From Dehalococcoidia bacterium (lineage in GTDB: Bacteria; Chloroflexota; Dehalococcoidia; Lucifugimonadales; Australimonadaceae): 64,000 nucleotides of DNA. The stretch is taken from positions 13,524-77,523 of the forward strand of contig DAOUKL010000073.1 in assembly GCA_034421335.1 (NCBI GenBank), in the 5' to 3' direction. The notes below the pieces were generated by a model, which was given only the letters and a program-made list of their open reading frames with translations, was not told the origin of the DNA and made no database searches. Position 1 is the stretch's first letter; each line of letters begins with the position of its first letter. Positions 44,214 through 53,508 of the stretch are shown here, piece after piece. Made by a program: the position numbers and the translations under genes.

Positions 44214-45530
44214 GTGGCCACGCCTCTTGCTTCCAAAGTGTTTCCGCGCACCGCAGCCGTCAACGACGCCGGACGCCTGGAGATAGGCGGGTGCGATGTC
44301 GCCGACCTGGTCCGTGAGTTCGGCGCCCCCCTGTACGTGTTCGACGAGGCGACGCTGCGCGCGCAGGCCGAGGGCTTCCTCGGCGCGTTCCGCTCGCGCT
44401 ACCCCGAAAGCCGCGTCGTCTACGCCTGCAAGGCGTTCATCAACGTCGGCTTGGCGCGCTACTTCGCCGGCCTCGGGCTCGGGTTCGACGTCGTGTCGGG
44501 CGGCGAACTGGCCGTGCTGAAGGCAGCGGGCGTCGACCTCTCGACGGTCGACTTCCACGGCAACAACAAGACGCCGCAGGAGATCCGCGAGGCCGTCGAG
44601 TGGGGCGTCGGTCACTTCGTCATCGACAGCTTCCACGAGCTCGCCGTCCTCAACGAGGAGGCGGGCGCGGCGGGGCGCGCGCAACCCGTCCTCATCCGCG
44701 TATCGCCGTCCATCGACCCGCACACGCACCGGCTGACGACCACGGGCGTCCTCGACAGCAAGTTCGGGTTCCCGATCGAAACGGGACAGGCCGAGCAGGC
44801 CGTGCGCGAGGCGATGGCGGCGCCGAACCTGGACCTGCAGGGGCTGCATTTCCACCTGGGCTCGCCCATCTTCGAACTGGAGCCCTACACGGAGGCGGTC
44901 GAGCGCGTGCTGCGGTTCGCCGCCCAGATGCGCGAGCACGGGCTGGAGATGCGGCGGTTCAGCCCCGGCGGCGGCTTCGCCATCGCCTACACGGAGAACG
45001 ACGACCCGCCCTCGCAGGACGCCTACGCCGAGGCTATCGTCGGCGCGCTGCTCGAAGGCTGTGAGGCGCACGGCCTGCCCCGTCCGGAACTCACCATCGA
45101 GCCGGGCCGCTCGCTCTCCGGCCCGGCCGGCGTGGCCGTCTACACCGTCGGCGCCATCAAGGAGATCCCCGGCGTCCGCACCTACGTCTCGGTCGACGGC
45201 GGCATGGGCGACAACATCCGTCCGGCGCTGTACGGCGCGCGCTATATCGCCCTCGCGGCGACCCGCGCGTCCGCCCCTGCTGACCAGACGGTCACCATCG
45301 CCGGAAAGTACTGCGAATCGGGCGACGTGCTGGTTACGGACGCGGCGCTCGCCCGTGTCGAGGCCGGCGACCTCATCGCCATTCCCGCATCCGGCGCCTA
45401 CGCGCCGGCGATGGCGAGCGCGTACAACCTCAACGGCAGGCCCGCCATCGTGATGGCCGCCGGCGGAGAGGCGGCGCTCATCCGAAGGCGGGAGTCGTAC
45501 GCCGACATGATGGCCCAGGACGTCGTGTAG
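44214..45530 (+). CDS. lysA: Diaminopimelate decarboxylase
   Basis: GTG at 44214, 6 nt after AAGGAG. Motifs YVFDEATLR, YACKAF (PLP Lys), FSPGGGFAI, YCESGD. The upstream part of track ORF 43041.. is repeat and terminase sequence. Confidence 0.9.
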   Translation: MATPLASKVFPRTAAVNDAGRLEIGGCDVADLVREFGAPLYVFDEATLRAQAEGFLGAFRSRYPESRVVYACKAFINVGLARYFAGLGLGFDVVSGGELAVLKAAGVDLSTVDFHGNNKTPQEIREAVEWGVGHFVIDSFHELAVLNEEAGAAGRAQPVLIRVSPSIDPHTHRLTTTGVLDSKFGFPIETGQAEQAVREAMAAPNLDLQGLHFHLGSPIFELEPYTEAVERVLRFAAQMREHGLEMRRFSPGGGFAIAYTENDDPPSQDAYAEAIVGALLEGCEAHGLPRPELTIEPGRSLSGPAGVAVYTVGAIKEIPGVRTYVSVDGGMGDNIRPALYGARYIALAATRASAPADQTVTIAGKYCESGDVLVTDAALARVEAGDLIAIPASGAYAPAMASAYNLNGRPAIVMAAGGEAALIRRRESYADMMAQDVV

Positions 45531-45531
45531 C

Positions 45532-46560
45532 GTGCTGCGCCTCCACGGGCAGGAGCTGGCCGTCCGCGCCCTCGAACGCTCGCTCGCGGGGGGGCGTCTG
45601 CGCCACGCCTACCTGTTCGCTGGCCCCGCCCACCTTGGAAAGACGACGCTCGCGCTGCAACTGGCGCAGGCGCTGAACTGTACGGACCCCGCGCCGCCGT
45701 GCGGCGCCTGCGGCCCCTGCGCGCGCGTCGCCTCCGGCGTCCACGCTGACGTGCAGCAGATCAGCGTCGACCCCGAGGCGGCGGAGGGGCCGCGCACCGT
45801 CATCGGCATCGAGTCCGTCCGCGACCTCATCGGCTCGGCGCACCTGCGCCCCTACGAGGGCCGCACCCGCGTGTTCGTCATCCACGGCGCCGACCGAATG
45901 AGCCAGGACGCCGCCAACGCGCTGCTCAAGGTGCTGGAGGAGCCGCCGCCCGACGTGGCGATACTGCTGGTGAGCGACAACCCGGGCGCCATTCTTCCGA
46001 CCGTGCGCTCGCGCTGCCAGACGCTCGATTTCTCGCCGCTGCCCGTCGACGAGGTCGCGCGGATCCTGCGCGACGAGGAGGGCGCGCCCGCCGAACACGC
46101 GGAAGTGCTGGCCCGGCTCTCCCGAGGGTGCGTCGGCTGGGCCATCGGCGCGGCGCGCGACGACACGCAGTTCGCCGCCGTGCACCAGCGCCTCGAACGC
46201 ATCGCCGACGCCGCCGAGGGCGGCCTCGAGGCGCGGTTCGGCTACGCCGACGACCTAGCGCGCCGCTTTCAGCGCGACCGCGCCGCCGGACGGGAGGAAC
46301 TGCAACTGTGGCTGCGGTGGGTGCGCGACCTGCTGCTCGTGCAGCACGGACAGACCGACCGCATCGTGAACCTCTCGTGGCGCGAGACGCTCGAACGGCA
46401 GGCGGCGGCGCTCACTCCGGCCCAGGTAGTGCGATGGGCGCACGAGATCATGCAGACCATCGAGCGCCTGGAGCGCAACGCGAACCCTCGCCTGGCCCTC
46501 GAAGCGCTGATGCTCGAAACGCCGCGCGCCAAATTGACAAGCGCGGCGGGCGAGCGATAG
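45532..46560 (+). CDS. holB: DNA polymerase III delta' subunit
   Basis: RLRHAYLFAGPAHLGKTTLALQLAQALNC..PCGACGPC; VFVIHGADRMSQDAANALLKVLEEPP. Confidence 0.85.
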   Translation: MLRLHGQELAVRALERSLAGGRLRHAYLFAGPAHLGKTTLALQLAQALNCTDPAPPCGACGPCARVASGVHADVQQISVDPEAAEGPRTVIGIESVRDLIGSAHLRPYEGRTRVFVIHGADRMSQDAANALLKVLEEPPPDVAILLVSDNPGAILPTVRSRCQTLDFSPLPVDEVARILRDEEGAPAEHAEVLARLSRGCVGWAIGAARDDTQFAAVHQRLERIADAAEGGLEARFGYADDLARRFQRDRAAGREELQLWLRWVRDLLLVQHGQTDRIVNLSWRETLERQAAALTPAQVVRWAHEIMQTIERLERNANPRLALEALMLETPRAKLTSAAGER

Positions 46561-46563
46561 AAC
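46534..46563 (+). promoter_or_regulatory. Sigma70-like promoter for Rieske paralogue 4 (inside the holB 3' end)
   Basis: TTGACA (46534-46539), 18 nt, then TAGAAC (46558-46563). The alternative reading is a 17-nt spacer with ATAGAA. Confidence 0.35.
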
Positions 46564-46597
46564 GCTCCTATACGACTACGACGACAGGAGTCCCGCT

Positions 46598-47869
46598 GTG
46601 CTCTCAGTACACGACAACGAACGGCTCACCCGCGTCGGGCCGGGCACGCCCATGGGCGAGGTGATGCGGCGCTACTGGCAGCCCGTTTTCATCTCGCACG
46701 AACTGCCGCATCCCGACTGCGACCCTCTCCGCGTCCGCATCCTCGGCGAGGACCTCGTCGCCTTCCGCGACTCGTCGAACCGCGTCGGGCTCGTCAGCGA
46801 GTGGTGCCCCCACCGGCTCACGTCGCTCTTCCTCGGGCGCAACGAGGAAAACGGCATCCGGTGCGTGTATCACGGGTGGAAGTTCGACGTAACCGGCGCG
46901 TGCGTGGACATGCCGAACGAGCCGGCGCAGTACGACTTCAGCCGCAAGGTGCGCCTGACCGCCTACCCCACGGTCGAACTCGGCGGCGTGGTCTGGGCGT
47001 ACATGGGGCCGAAGGAGCACACGCCGCCGGAGCCGAGCTTCGAGTTCGTGCGGCAGCCCCAGACTCACCGCCACGCCTCGAAGGTCATCGAGGAGTGCAA
47101 CTGGCTGCAGGCGCTCGAAGGCGGCATCGACTCCGTGCACTCGTCGTTCCTGCACCGCAAGTTCGGCAAGGGAGGAGCGGCAGGCCTCGACGGCCTCCGC
47201 GCCGAGGGCGTCGCCTCGAAGCTCGAGGTGGAGCCGACCGACTACGGCTACCGGTACGGCTCGATACGGGCGCTGCCGGGCAAAGACGCCAACTATGTGC
47301 GGACCTACCACTTCGTGATGCCGCACGTGCAGATACGCGCGGCGCAGCTCAACAACGACGGCTCGTGGTTCAAGTTCAAGATCGCCGGGCACCACTGGGT
47401 GCCCATGGACGACCACCGGACGATGGTGTGGAACTGGTTCTACACGCTCGACGAGCCGCTCTCGCAGGCCGAGCGCGACGAGCTGCTCAACGGGAACGGC
47501 CCGGACGCCGTCGATCAGACGACGTTCCGGAGCATCGGCAACCCGCGCAACAACTGGCTGATCGACCGGGAACTGCAACGGACGGACACCTTCACGGGCA
47601 TCAAGGGCATCAACGCGCAGGACAGGGCGGTGCAGGAGGCGATGGGGCCGATCGTCGACCGGAGCCAGGAGCACCTGGGGCAGACGGACCGCGCGGTCAT
47701 CACCGCGCGCAAGATGCTGCTGCAGGCGGTGCGCGCGGTGGAGGACGGCGGGGCTCCGCTGGGGGCGAACGACGCGTACTACCACATTCGGGCCATCGAG
47801 GAAGTGCTGCCCAGCAGCGTCCGCTGGCAGGACGCGCTGATGGACCGGATGCACGTCGGCGCCGCATAG
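46598..47869 (+). CDS. Rieske non-heme iron oxygenase alpha subunit, phthalate-dioxygenase family (paralogue 4)
   Basis: CPHRLTSLFLG...CVYHGWKF; CNWLQALEGGIDSVHSSFLH; GTG start; N-terminus LSVHDNERLTRVGPGTPMGEVMRRYWQP. Confidence 0.9.
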   Translation: MLSVHDNERLTRVGPGTPMGEVMRRYWQPVFISHELPHPDCDPLRVRILGEDLVAFRDSSNRVGLVSEWCPHRLTSLFLGRNEENGIRCVYHGWKFDVTGACVDMPNEPAQYDFSRKVRLTAYPTVELGGVVWAYMGPKEHTPPEPSFEFVRQPQTHRHASKVIEECNWLQALEGGIDSVHSSFLHRKFGKGGAAGLDGLRAEGVASKLEVEPTDYGYRYGSIRALPGKDANYVRTYHFVMPHVQIRAAQLNNDGSWFKFKIAGHHWVPMDDHRTMVWNWFYTLDEPLSQAERDELLNGNGPDAVDQTTFRSIGNPRNNWLIDRELQRTDTFTGIKGINAQDRAVQEAMGPIVDRSQEHLGQTDRAVITARKMLLQAVRAVEDGGAPLGANDAYYHIRAIEEVLPSSVRWQDALMDRMHVGAA

Positions 47870-47880
47870 GCGCTCCCTCA

Positions 47881-49122
47881 GTGCGCCCCAGACTGTTCTA
47901 CGGTTGGACTGTCGTCAGTGTGCTGGGCGTGTTCGGCGCCGTGGGCGTCGGGCTCGCCGGCGCCAACTTCGCGCTGTTCATCGGGCCGATGTCCGGGGAA
48001 CTGGGGTGGAGCGCGTCCACGTTCGGCTGGGCGGTGTTCGTCCGCCTGGCGATGATCCTCGCCGCCGGCCCGGTGATCGGGCGCATCCTCGACCTGCGCG
48101 GCCCGCGCCTGCCGGTGCTGGTCGCCACGCTCGTTGCAGGCGGCCTCACGCTCTGGCTGTCGCGCGTCGGGGCGGTGTGGGAGCTTATGCTCGCGTTCGC
48201 CGTGATGGGTCTCGTGGGCATGGGCCGTGCGAACGACCTGCAGGCGAGCGCTCCGGCGGCGCAGTGGTTCGTGCGCAGGCGCGGGCTGGCGATGGGCATC
48301 GCGCTGGCGGGCACGCCGCTCGGCGTGGCGGTCTACTACCCGCTCACGCAACTGTTCATCGACGTGTACGGCTGGCGCGACGCGCTCTCCATCCTCGCGG
48401 TCTCCGGGACGCTCGTGGTCGTTCCGCTGGCGTTCCTGCTGCGTCGCCGCCCGGAGGACATGGGCCTCGCGCCGGACGGCGGCGCTCCGTCTACGACGGC
48501 GCGGGCAGGCGCGCGGGGCGGAGCATGGGTAGACGAGCGATCGCTCACGCGCGGGCAGGCGCTGCGGACGGGCAGGTTCTGGCTCATGCTCGCAGGGTTC
48601 ACCGCGCTCACCTACGGGCTCTCGACGCTCACCATCTTCCGAGTGCCGCACTTCATCGAGCGGGGCCTGAGCCCGTCGCTCGTGGCGGCGGCGATCGCGG
48701 TCGACGCGGTGGTCGCCATCGTTGCGAGCATTGCGCTGGGGAGAGCGCTCGACCGCCTGCCATCGCGGGGCGTGCTGGCGGCGGGGCTGGCCGCCGCGGC
48801 GTTCTGCGCCGTCGGCCTGATCGTGGTGGACGGCGTCTTCTGGCTGTTCGCGGCGAATATCGGGTACGCGCTGGGGTTCCAGATAACGCACGTTGCGCAG
48901 GGCGTGATGTGGGCCGACCAGTTCGGCAGGGCGCACCAGGGCGACATTCGAGGGCTGACTATCCCAGTAACCGTGGGCGTGGGGGCGCTGGCGTTCCCTG
49001 TCACCGGCTACCTGCGCGACGAGGCGGGCGTCTACACGCCCGCCTGGGTCGTTTCGATAGCGCTGCTGGTCGTCGCCGGGGCGCTGCTAGCCGCCGTGCG
49101 GCCTGCAGTTACTCGGCGTTGA
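47881..49122 (+). CDS. MFS transporter (oxalate/formate-antiporter-like architecture)
   Basis: GTG at 47881. N-terminus RPRLFYGWTVVSVLGVFGAVGVGLA, about 12 TM. The upstream part of track ORF 46801.. is an alternative frame of the Rieske gene. Confidence 0.8.
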   Translation: MRPRLFYGWTVVSVLGVFGAVGVGLAGANFALFIGPMSGELGWSASTFGWAVFVRLAMILAAGPVIGRILDLRGPRLPVLVATLVAGGLTLWLSRVGAVWELMLAFAVMGLVGMGRANDLQASAPAAQWFVRRRGLAMGIALAGTPLGVAVYYPLTQLFIDVYGWRDALSILAVSGTLVVVPLAFLLRRRPEDMGLAPDGGAPSTTARAGARGGAWVDERSLTRGQALRTGRFWLMLAGFTALTYGLSTLTIFRVPHFIERGLSPSLVAAAIAVDAVVAIVASIALGRALDRLPSRGVLAAGLAAAAFCAVGLIVVDGVFWLFAANIGYALGFQITHVAQGVMWADQFGRAHQGDIRGLTIPVTVGVGALAFPVTGYLRDEAGVYTPAWVVSIALLVVAGALLAAVRPAVTRR

Positions 49123-49846
49123 GCTCGGCTTCCCAGTCGACAGCCTCGCGTCCGATGGACTCGAGCACGGCGTTGACGAACAGTTCGTCGGGCACGGCGC
49201 CGACGAACTCGGACTGGTCGTTGATGATGGTCTTGGGGACGCCCATCACCTGGTAGCGCCGGGACATTTCGGGGAACTCCGACGCCTCGATGACCTCCGC
49301 CTTGACGCGAGGGTTGGCGACGGCGAATGCGTGGGCCGCACGGGCCACACGAGGGCAGTGGGGTCAGGTGGGGGTTACGAACACGCGCAGATGGACGTCC
49401 TGGTCGATGCGATCGCGCACGGCGGCGGCGACGCCATCGCGCAGGAGCGGTTCGGAGTTGGAGAGGGACTCGATGCCGGCGAGGATGGTGGGGAACTCGT
49501 TGCCGACGGGAGCGCCATAGAACCGCACCCGGCCGTCGCTGCCGTCGAGCACAACGGCGGGGATCTGCTCGATCTGGAGCCGGCGGGCCTCCTCAGCGCC
49601 ATCGCCGTGAACGTCGAGCACTTCAAGCGAGAGCTTGGGGGAGGTTTCGACGAGCTCGGTCAGCAGTTCGCGGGTGAGCTTGGCGAACTCACCTGCGCCG
49701 CCGGGGGCGGGTTCGGGGCGTCCGGGGATGGTGAGCATGCTGCGGACGTCGGACTCAGTGAAGAGGAGCATGCGGACGTCGTCGTTGAGAGTCTCGGCGA
49801 AGCGGTCTTCTATCGCCTTGCGGTCTTCTTCTCGCAGGTGGGGCAT
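49109..49846 (-). CDS. Two-domain glutaredoxin/thioredoxin-like protein disulfide oxidoreductase; candidate selenoprotein (in-frame TGA at 49366-49364)
   Basis: Track ORFs 49364..50050 and 49109..49348 are in the same frame, separated by TGA plus 5 codons. The joined sequence reads ...HLRVFVTPT-[TGA]-PHCPRVARAAHAFAVANPRVKAEVIEASEFPEMSRRYQVMGVPKTIIN, so the TGA occupies the first Cys of the CPxC redox motif. Start set at ATG 49846 (GAGGAG Shine-Dalgarno). Confidence 0.55.
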
Positions 49847-49932
49847 GGGATGTACTCCTCGATGTGCGCCGCGCGCGGCGGGTGGACGGTTGATTCGTTG
49901 GACAGGGGGATTGTACACGTCGCAGGCAAGAG

Positions 49933-50168
49933 TGGTTCGTGGTTCGACAGGCTCGCCACGAACCGCGGGCGAGATTCCCGCTTTCGCGGGAATGACGGGA
50001 GGAGTGTGGGAATGACGGAGCGGGTGCGGCCCTCTTTGCCCTTCGGGCATCCCTCCACGGGTGAAGGGTTGGGTGGGCGCCCACGAAGGGCGCCCCTACG
50101 CCAGCAGACCCCTCCCCCCGCGCACTTTCGTGCGCTCGACCCTCCCCACTCTTGTGGAGAGGGTGGAA
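49933..50168. repeat. Mosaic hairpin repeat cluster (inverted D,A,half-A,B,...,F)
   Basis: tggttcgtggttcgacaggctcgccacgaacc, gagattcccgctttcgcgggaatgacgg, gggaatgacgg, ccctctttgcccttcgggcatc, ctcgaccctccccactcttgtggagagggtgg. Confidence 0.9.
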
Positions 50169-50188
50169 CAGGCACTTCCGGCCCTTCG

Positions 50189-50791
50189 CTATTCGTCGGG
50201 GGTGCGAGTGGCGCGCCAGACGCTCCATCCGCGCTGGAGGACGGTCAGCGCGCCGAACACGGCGATGACGCCAAGCCCCCAGGACGGGTAGCCCACCAGC
50301 AGGGCGACGCCGAGCACGACGACGCGCTCGGGCCTCCCCATCAGGCCCACGTCGCCGGGTATCGACAGTCCTTCGGCGCGGGCGCGGAGGTAGCTGACCA
50401 TCATCGAGGCGGCGAGCGCGGCGAACGCGAGGTAGACGCCAAGCGGGTCGTCGCCGCGCACGGAATAGACCGCCAGCCCGAACAGCACGACAGCTTCGCC
50501 GAGGCGGTCCATCACCGAGTCAAAGAACGCCCCGAACGTGGACGCCTTGCCGGAGAGGCGGGCGACAGCGCCGTCGAGCATATCCATCGCGGCGCCCGCG
50601 AGCATGACGAGGCCGCCGATGAGCAGCCGTCCGTCGGCTATGAGCCAGGCGGCGCCGGCTGCGACGCAGAACCCAGCGAGCGTGATCGCGTTCGGGGAGA
50701 CGCGAAGGGCGATGAGAAGGCGAGCGAGCGGATTGCTGATGAAGCGCGTGAGGACGCCGCGAGCGCGCAGGCGAGGGGCGAGAGAGTTCAT
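50189..50791 (-). CDS. CDP-alcohol phosphatidyltransferase (phosphatidylinositol-phosphate synthase-like)
   Basis: Exact family motif D-G-x2-A-R-x8-G-x3-D-x3-D: [23 protein letters not shown]. 200 aa, multi-TM. Confidence 0.85.
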   Translation of the reverse strand: MNSLAPRLRARGVLTRFISNPLARLLIALRVSPNAITLAGFCVAAGAAWLIADGRLLIGGLVMLAGAAMDMLDGAVARLSGKASTFGAFFDSVMDRLGEAVVLFGLAVYSVRGDDPLGVYLAFAALAASMMVSYLRARAEGLSIPGDVGLMGRPERVVVLGVALLVGYPSWGLGVIAVFGALTVLQRGWSVWRATRTPDE

Positions 50792-51870
50792 GGGCGGCCT
50801 TTCACGCTGGTCCGTCGCCAGAGGGTGGCGTAGTAGTAGGCGAGCACGCGGTCGGCCACGGCGCTCCAGCGGTACTGCTCAACAGTGACGCGCCCACGGG
50901 CGCCCATTTCGCGCCGGAGTTCGGGGCTTGCGATGAGCCGCTCGAGGGCGGCAGCGAGCTCCGCGTCACGCCTGGGCCTTACGAGGAGCCCCTCGACGCC
51001 GTTGGACATCACCCGGCTGAAGCCGTCGATGCGGGAGGCGACTATCGGTTTGCCCGCGGCCATAGCCTCGAGGAGCACGATGCCGAAACTCTCGCGTCCG
51101 GTGTTCGGCGCGCAGAAGATATCCGCCAACTGGTAGTAGCGCGGCACGTCGTCGTGGGAGACGGGGCCGATGAACTCGACGTCCTGCAGGTTGCGCTCGC
51201 CGATGAGGGAGAGGACGTCCTCGCCGGGGTTGCCGGCGCCGACGATGATGAGGCGAGTTTCGGGCCGCTCCCACTTGAGGCGGCTGTAGGCCATGAGGAG
51301 GTACTTCAGTCCCTTGCGGCGCTCCATGCGGCCGAGGAAGAGGATGTTGGTCTTGCCGTCGCGGAAGCGCTCAATGGGGCAGGCTTCGGAGAAGCGCTCG
51401 ACGTCGACGCCGTTGGGGATGATCTCGTACTCGCCGGGGTAGAACTGGCTCACGAAGTCCAGGGCGGGCTTGGAGACGGCGATGCGCCCGTGGAGCCTGC
51501 GGAACCACTGCCGGCTCAGGTAGCTCCAAGCGCGGTAGTACCGGGTCCCCTTGTAGCTGTGGAAGGTGCCGATGTTGACCGCGTCTGAGGCGCGGAGGAA
51601 CGTGAGCGGCAGCACGGGGGACATCGGCTCATGGAGGTGGACGACGTCGAACCTCCCCTCTTCGAGGACGCGGCGGACGCGGGGCTGGAGCCAGAACGAG
51701 AACGTTATGCGGGCGACGGCGCCGCCGCTCGGCACAGGCACAGGGCGACCGAGCGGGATGAAGTCGGGCTCGAGCTGGCGCTCCCGCGAGTTGGCAAGCG
51801 GGGCGATGATCTTGGCGACGTGGCCCTTGAGGCGAAGCTGGCGCGCCAGGTTGGCGATGTGGTCGTTCAC
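50788..51870 (-). CDS. GT4-family glycosyltransferase (PimA-like); the true start is probably upstream, at ATC 51972
   Basis: [20 protein letters not shown] (E-x7-E). The track start is GTG 51870, but the conserved GT-B N-terminus [16 protein letters not shown] continues upstream in frame with no ATG, GTG or TTG. Confidence 0.85.
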   Translation of the reverse strand: MNDHIANLARQLRLKGHVAKIIAPLANSRERQLEPDFIPLGRPVPVPSGGAVARITFSFWLQPRVRRVLEEGRFDVVHLHEPMSPVLPLTFLRASDAVNIGTFHSYKGTRYYRAWSYLSRQWFRRLHGRIAVSKPALDFVSQFYPGEYEIIPNGVDVERFSEACPIERFRDGKTNILFLGRMERRKGLKYLLMAYSRLKWERPETRLIIVGAGNPGEDVLSLIGERNLQDVEFIGPVSHDDVPRYYQLADIFCAPNTGRESFGIVLLEAMAAGKPIVASRIDGFSRVMSNGVEGLLVRPRRDAELAAALERLIASPELRREMGARGRVTVEQYRWSAVADRVLAYYYATLWRRTSVKGRP

Positions 51871-51990
51871 GCCTCCCGGCGCGCCATAGTCGTACGGAGA
51901 GACGAGGGCGATTCTGAGCGTCCCGTTGGTGGAGTCGGTCGCCGTGGTTCGGGCTGCCGCTCGCTGCTCGATAGGAGCCTCCCCTGTCGT

Positions 51991-53103
51991 CTAGCCGACG
52001 CCGTCCACGGCATTGGGGGACGCAAGCGGCGCCGGCTGTTCGGCGATGAACGCCTCCACCATGTCCCGCGCCATGTCGTCGGAGTACTGGTTTGCGGGGG
52101 ACTTCATGAAGTAGGCGCTGGGGCCGTCGAGCTGTCCGCTGATGCCGCGGTCGAGGGCGATCTTCGCGCAGCGCACGGCGTCGACGACGACGCCCGCGGA
52201 GTTCGGGCTGTCCCACACCTCGAGTTTCATTTCGAGGTTGAGGGGCACGTCGCCGAAGGTCTGGCCTTCGATGCGGATGTGGCACCACTTGCGGTCTTCG
52301 AGCCAGGGCACGTAGTCGCTGGGGCCGACGTGCACGTTGTCGGGGCCGAGGTCGTAGGGCAACTGGGAGGTGACGGCGTTGGTCTTGGACTCTTTCTTGG
52401 ACTCGAGGCGCTCGCGCTCGAGCATGTTGAGGAAGTCGGTGTTGCCGCCGAAGTTCAGCTGGTAGGTGCGAAGGATCTTGACTCCACGGTCGTGGAAGAG
52501 GTTGGCAAGGACGCGGTGGGTGATGGTAGCGCCAACCTGGGACTTGATGTCGTCGCCGACGATAGGCACGCCGGCGTCCTGGAAGCGCTTCTGCCAGTAG
52601 GGCTCGCGCGCGATGAAGACGGGGATGCAGTTAACGACGCCTACGCGCGCCTGGAGCGCTTGTTCCACGTACCACTTGGTGGCCTCCTCGGAGCCGACGG
52701 GGAGGTAGTTTATGAGGACGTCGACCTCGCGGTCCTTGAGGATGTTGACGATGTCGGCGGTGGAACCGCTGGCCTTTTCGATGACGCCGGAGAGGTACTT
52801 TCCGAGGCCGTCGTGGGTCATGCCGCGCTCGACCTTCACGCCGGTCTTGGGGACGTCGGTGAACCGGACGGTGTTGTTCTGCCCGGCGAAGATCGCTTCG
52901 GACAGGTCCTTGCCCACCTTGTTCTTGTCGACGTCGAAGGCGGCGACGACCCTGATGTCGCCGATGTGGTAGCCGCCCATCTGAGCGTGCATGAGGCCCG
53001 GGACGAACTCGTCCGTGGGCGCTTCGCGATACCGGTGGAGTCCCTGCACAAAGGAGGATGCGCAGTTGCCGACTCCCACTATCGCGACGTTGATCCTGGA
53101 CAT
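51991..53103 (-). CDS. ino1: myo-Inositol-1-phosphate synthase
   Basis: [30 protein letters not shown], and the overall size of about 370 aa. Start set at ATG 53103; the track ORF starts at 53145. Confidence 0.9.
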   Translation of the reverse strand: MSRINVAIVGVGNCASSFVQGLHRYREAPTDEFVPGLMHAQMGGYHIGDIRVVAAFDVDKNKVGKDLSEAIFAGQNNTVRFTDVPKTGVKVERGMTHDGLGKYLSGVIEKASGSTADIVNILKDREVDVLINYLPVGSEEATKWYVEQALQARVGVVNCIPVFIAREPYWQKRFQDAGVPIVGDDIKSQVGATITHRVLANLFHDRGVKILRTYQLNFGGNTDFLNMLERERLESKKESKTNAVTSQLPYDLGPDNVHVGPSDYVPWLEDRKWCHIRIEGQTFGDVPLNLEMKLEVWDSPNSAGVVVDAVRCAKIALDRGISGQLDGPSAYFMKSPANQYSDDMARDMVEAFIAEQPAPLASPNAVDGVG

Positions 53104-53214
53104 AGGCGCTGCCTTTCTGGTTGGTGGACTGTGGCGCCCTTTCACGAGGGCTGAATCAGCAGTATAAGCGAATTAGGACGGGGGACGTTTGGCAAGCCCC
53201 AAGCCCCCTTCCTC

Positions 53215-53445
53215 GAACCTCTCCCCGCCGCTTCGCGGCGACCCTCCCCCCTCCTGTGGGGAGGGTGGGATTGCGCCTGCGGCGCCCCGCCCTCTCTGCC
53301 CCTGCGGGCATCTCCCCCTCGGGGGGAGACAGGATGCGCGCAGCGCGCGTAAAGGCGAGATTCCTGCTTCCGCAGGCGACGGAGGCGCGCTTTCGCGTAA
53401 ACCCTCTCCCCTACCCCTCCCCCTCGGGGGGAGGGGGCAATCCGC
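53215..53445. repeat. Mosaic hairpin repeat cluster (inverted F,B,C,A variants)
   Basis: gcgaccctcccccctcctgtggggagggtggg, ccctctctgcccctgcgggcatctccccctcggggggaga, gcgcgcagcgcgcg, gagattcctgcttccgcagg, cccctccccctcggggggaggggg. Confidence 0.9.
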
Positions 53446-53508
53446 CCCTGTCCGCCCTTGCGCTATGCTTCGGGGGAGTGTTGTTCGCGGGGTGGAAAGG
53501 AGCGGGGT

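Noticed and set aside
49109-50050. Treating 49364..50050 and 49109..49348 as two separate genes or as a simple pseudogene
   Set aside because: They share one frame, and the TGA falls precisely on the redox Cys position of a conserved motif. The downstream piece also lacks its own Shine-Dalgarno. Pseudogene or sequencing error remains the alternative, as stated in the finding.
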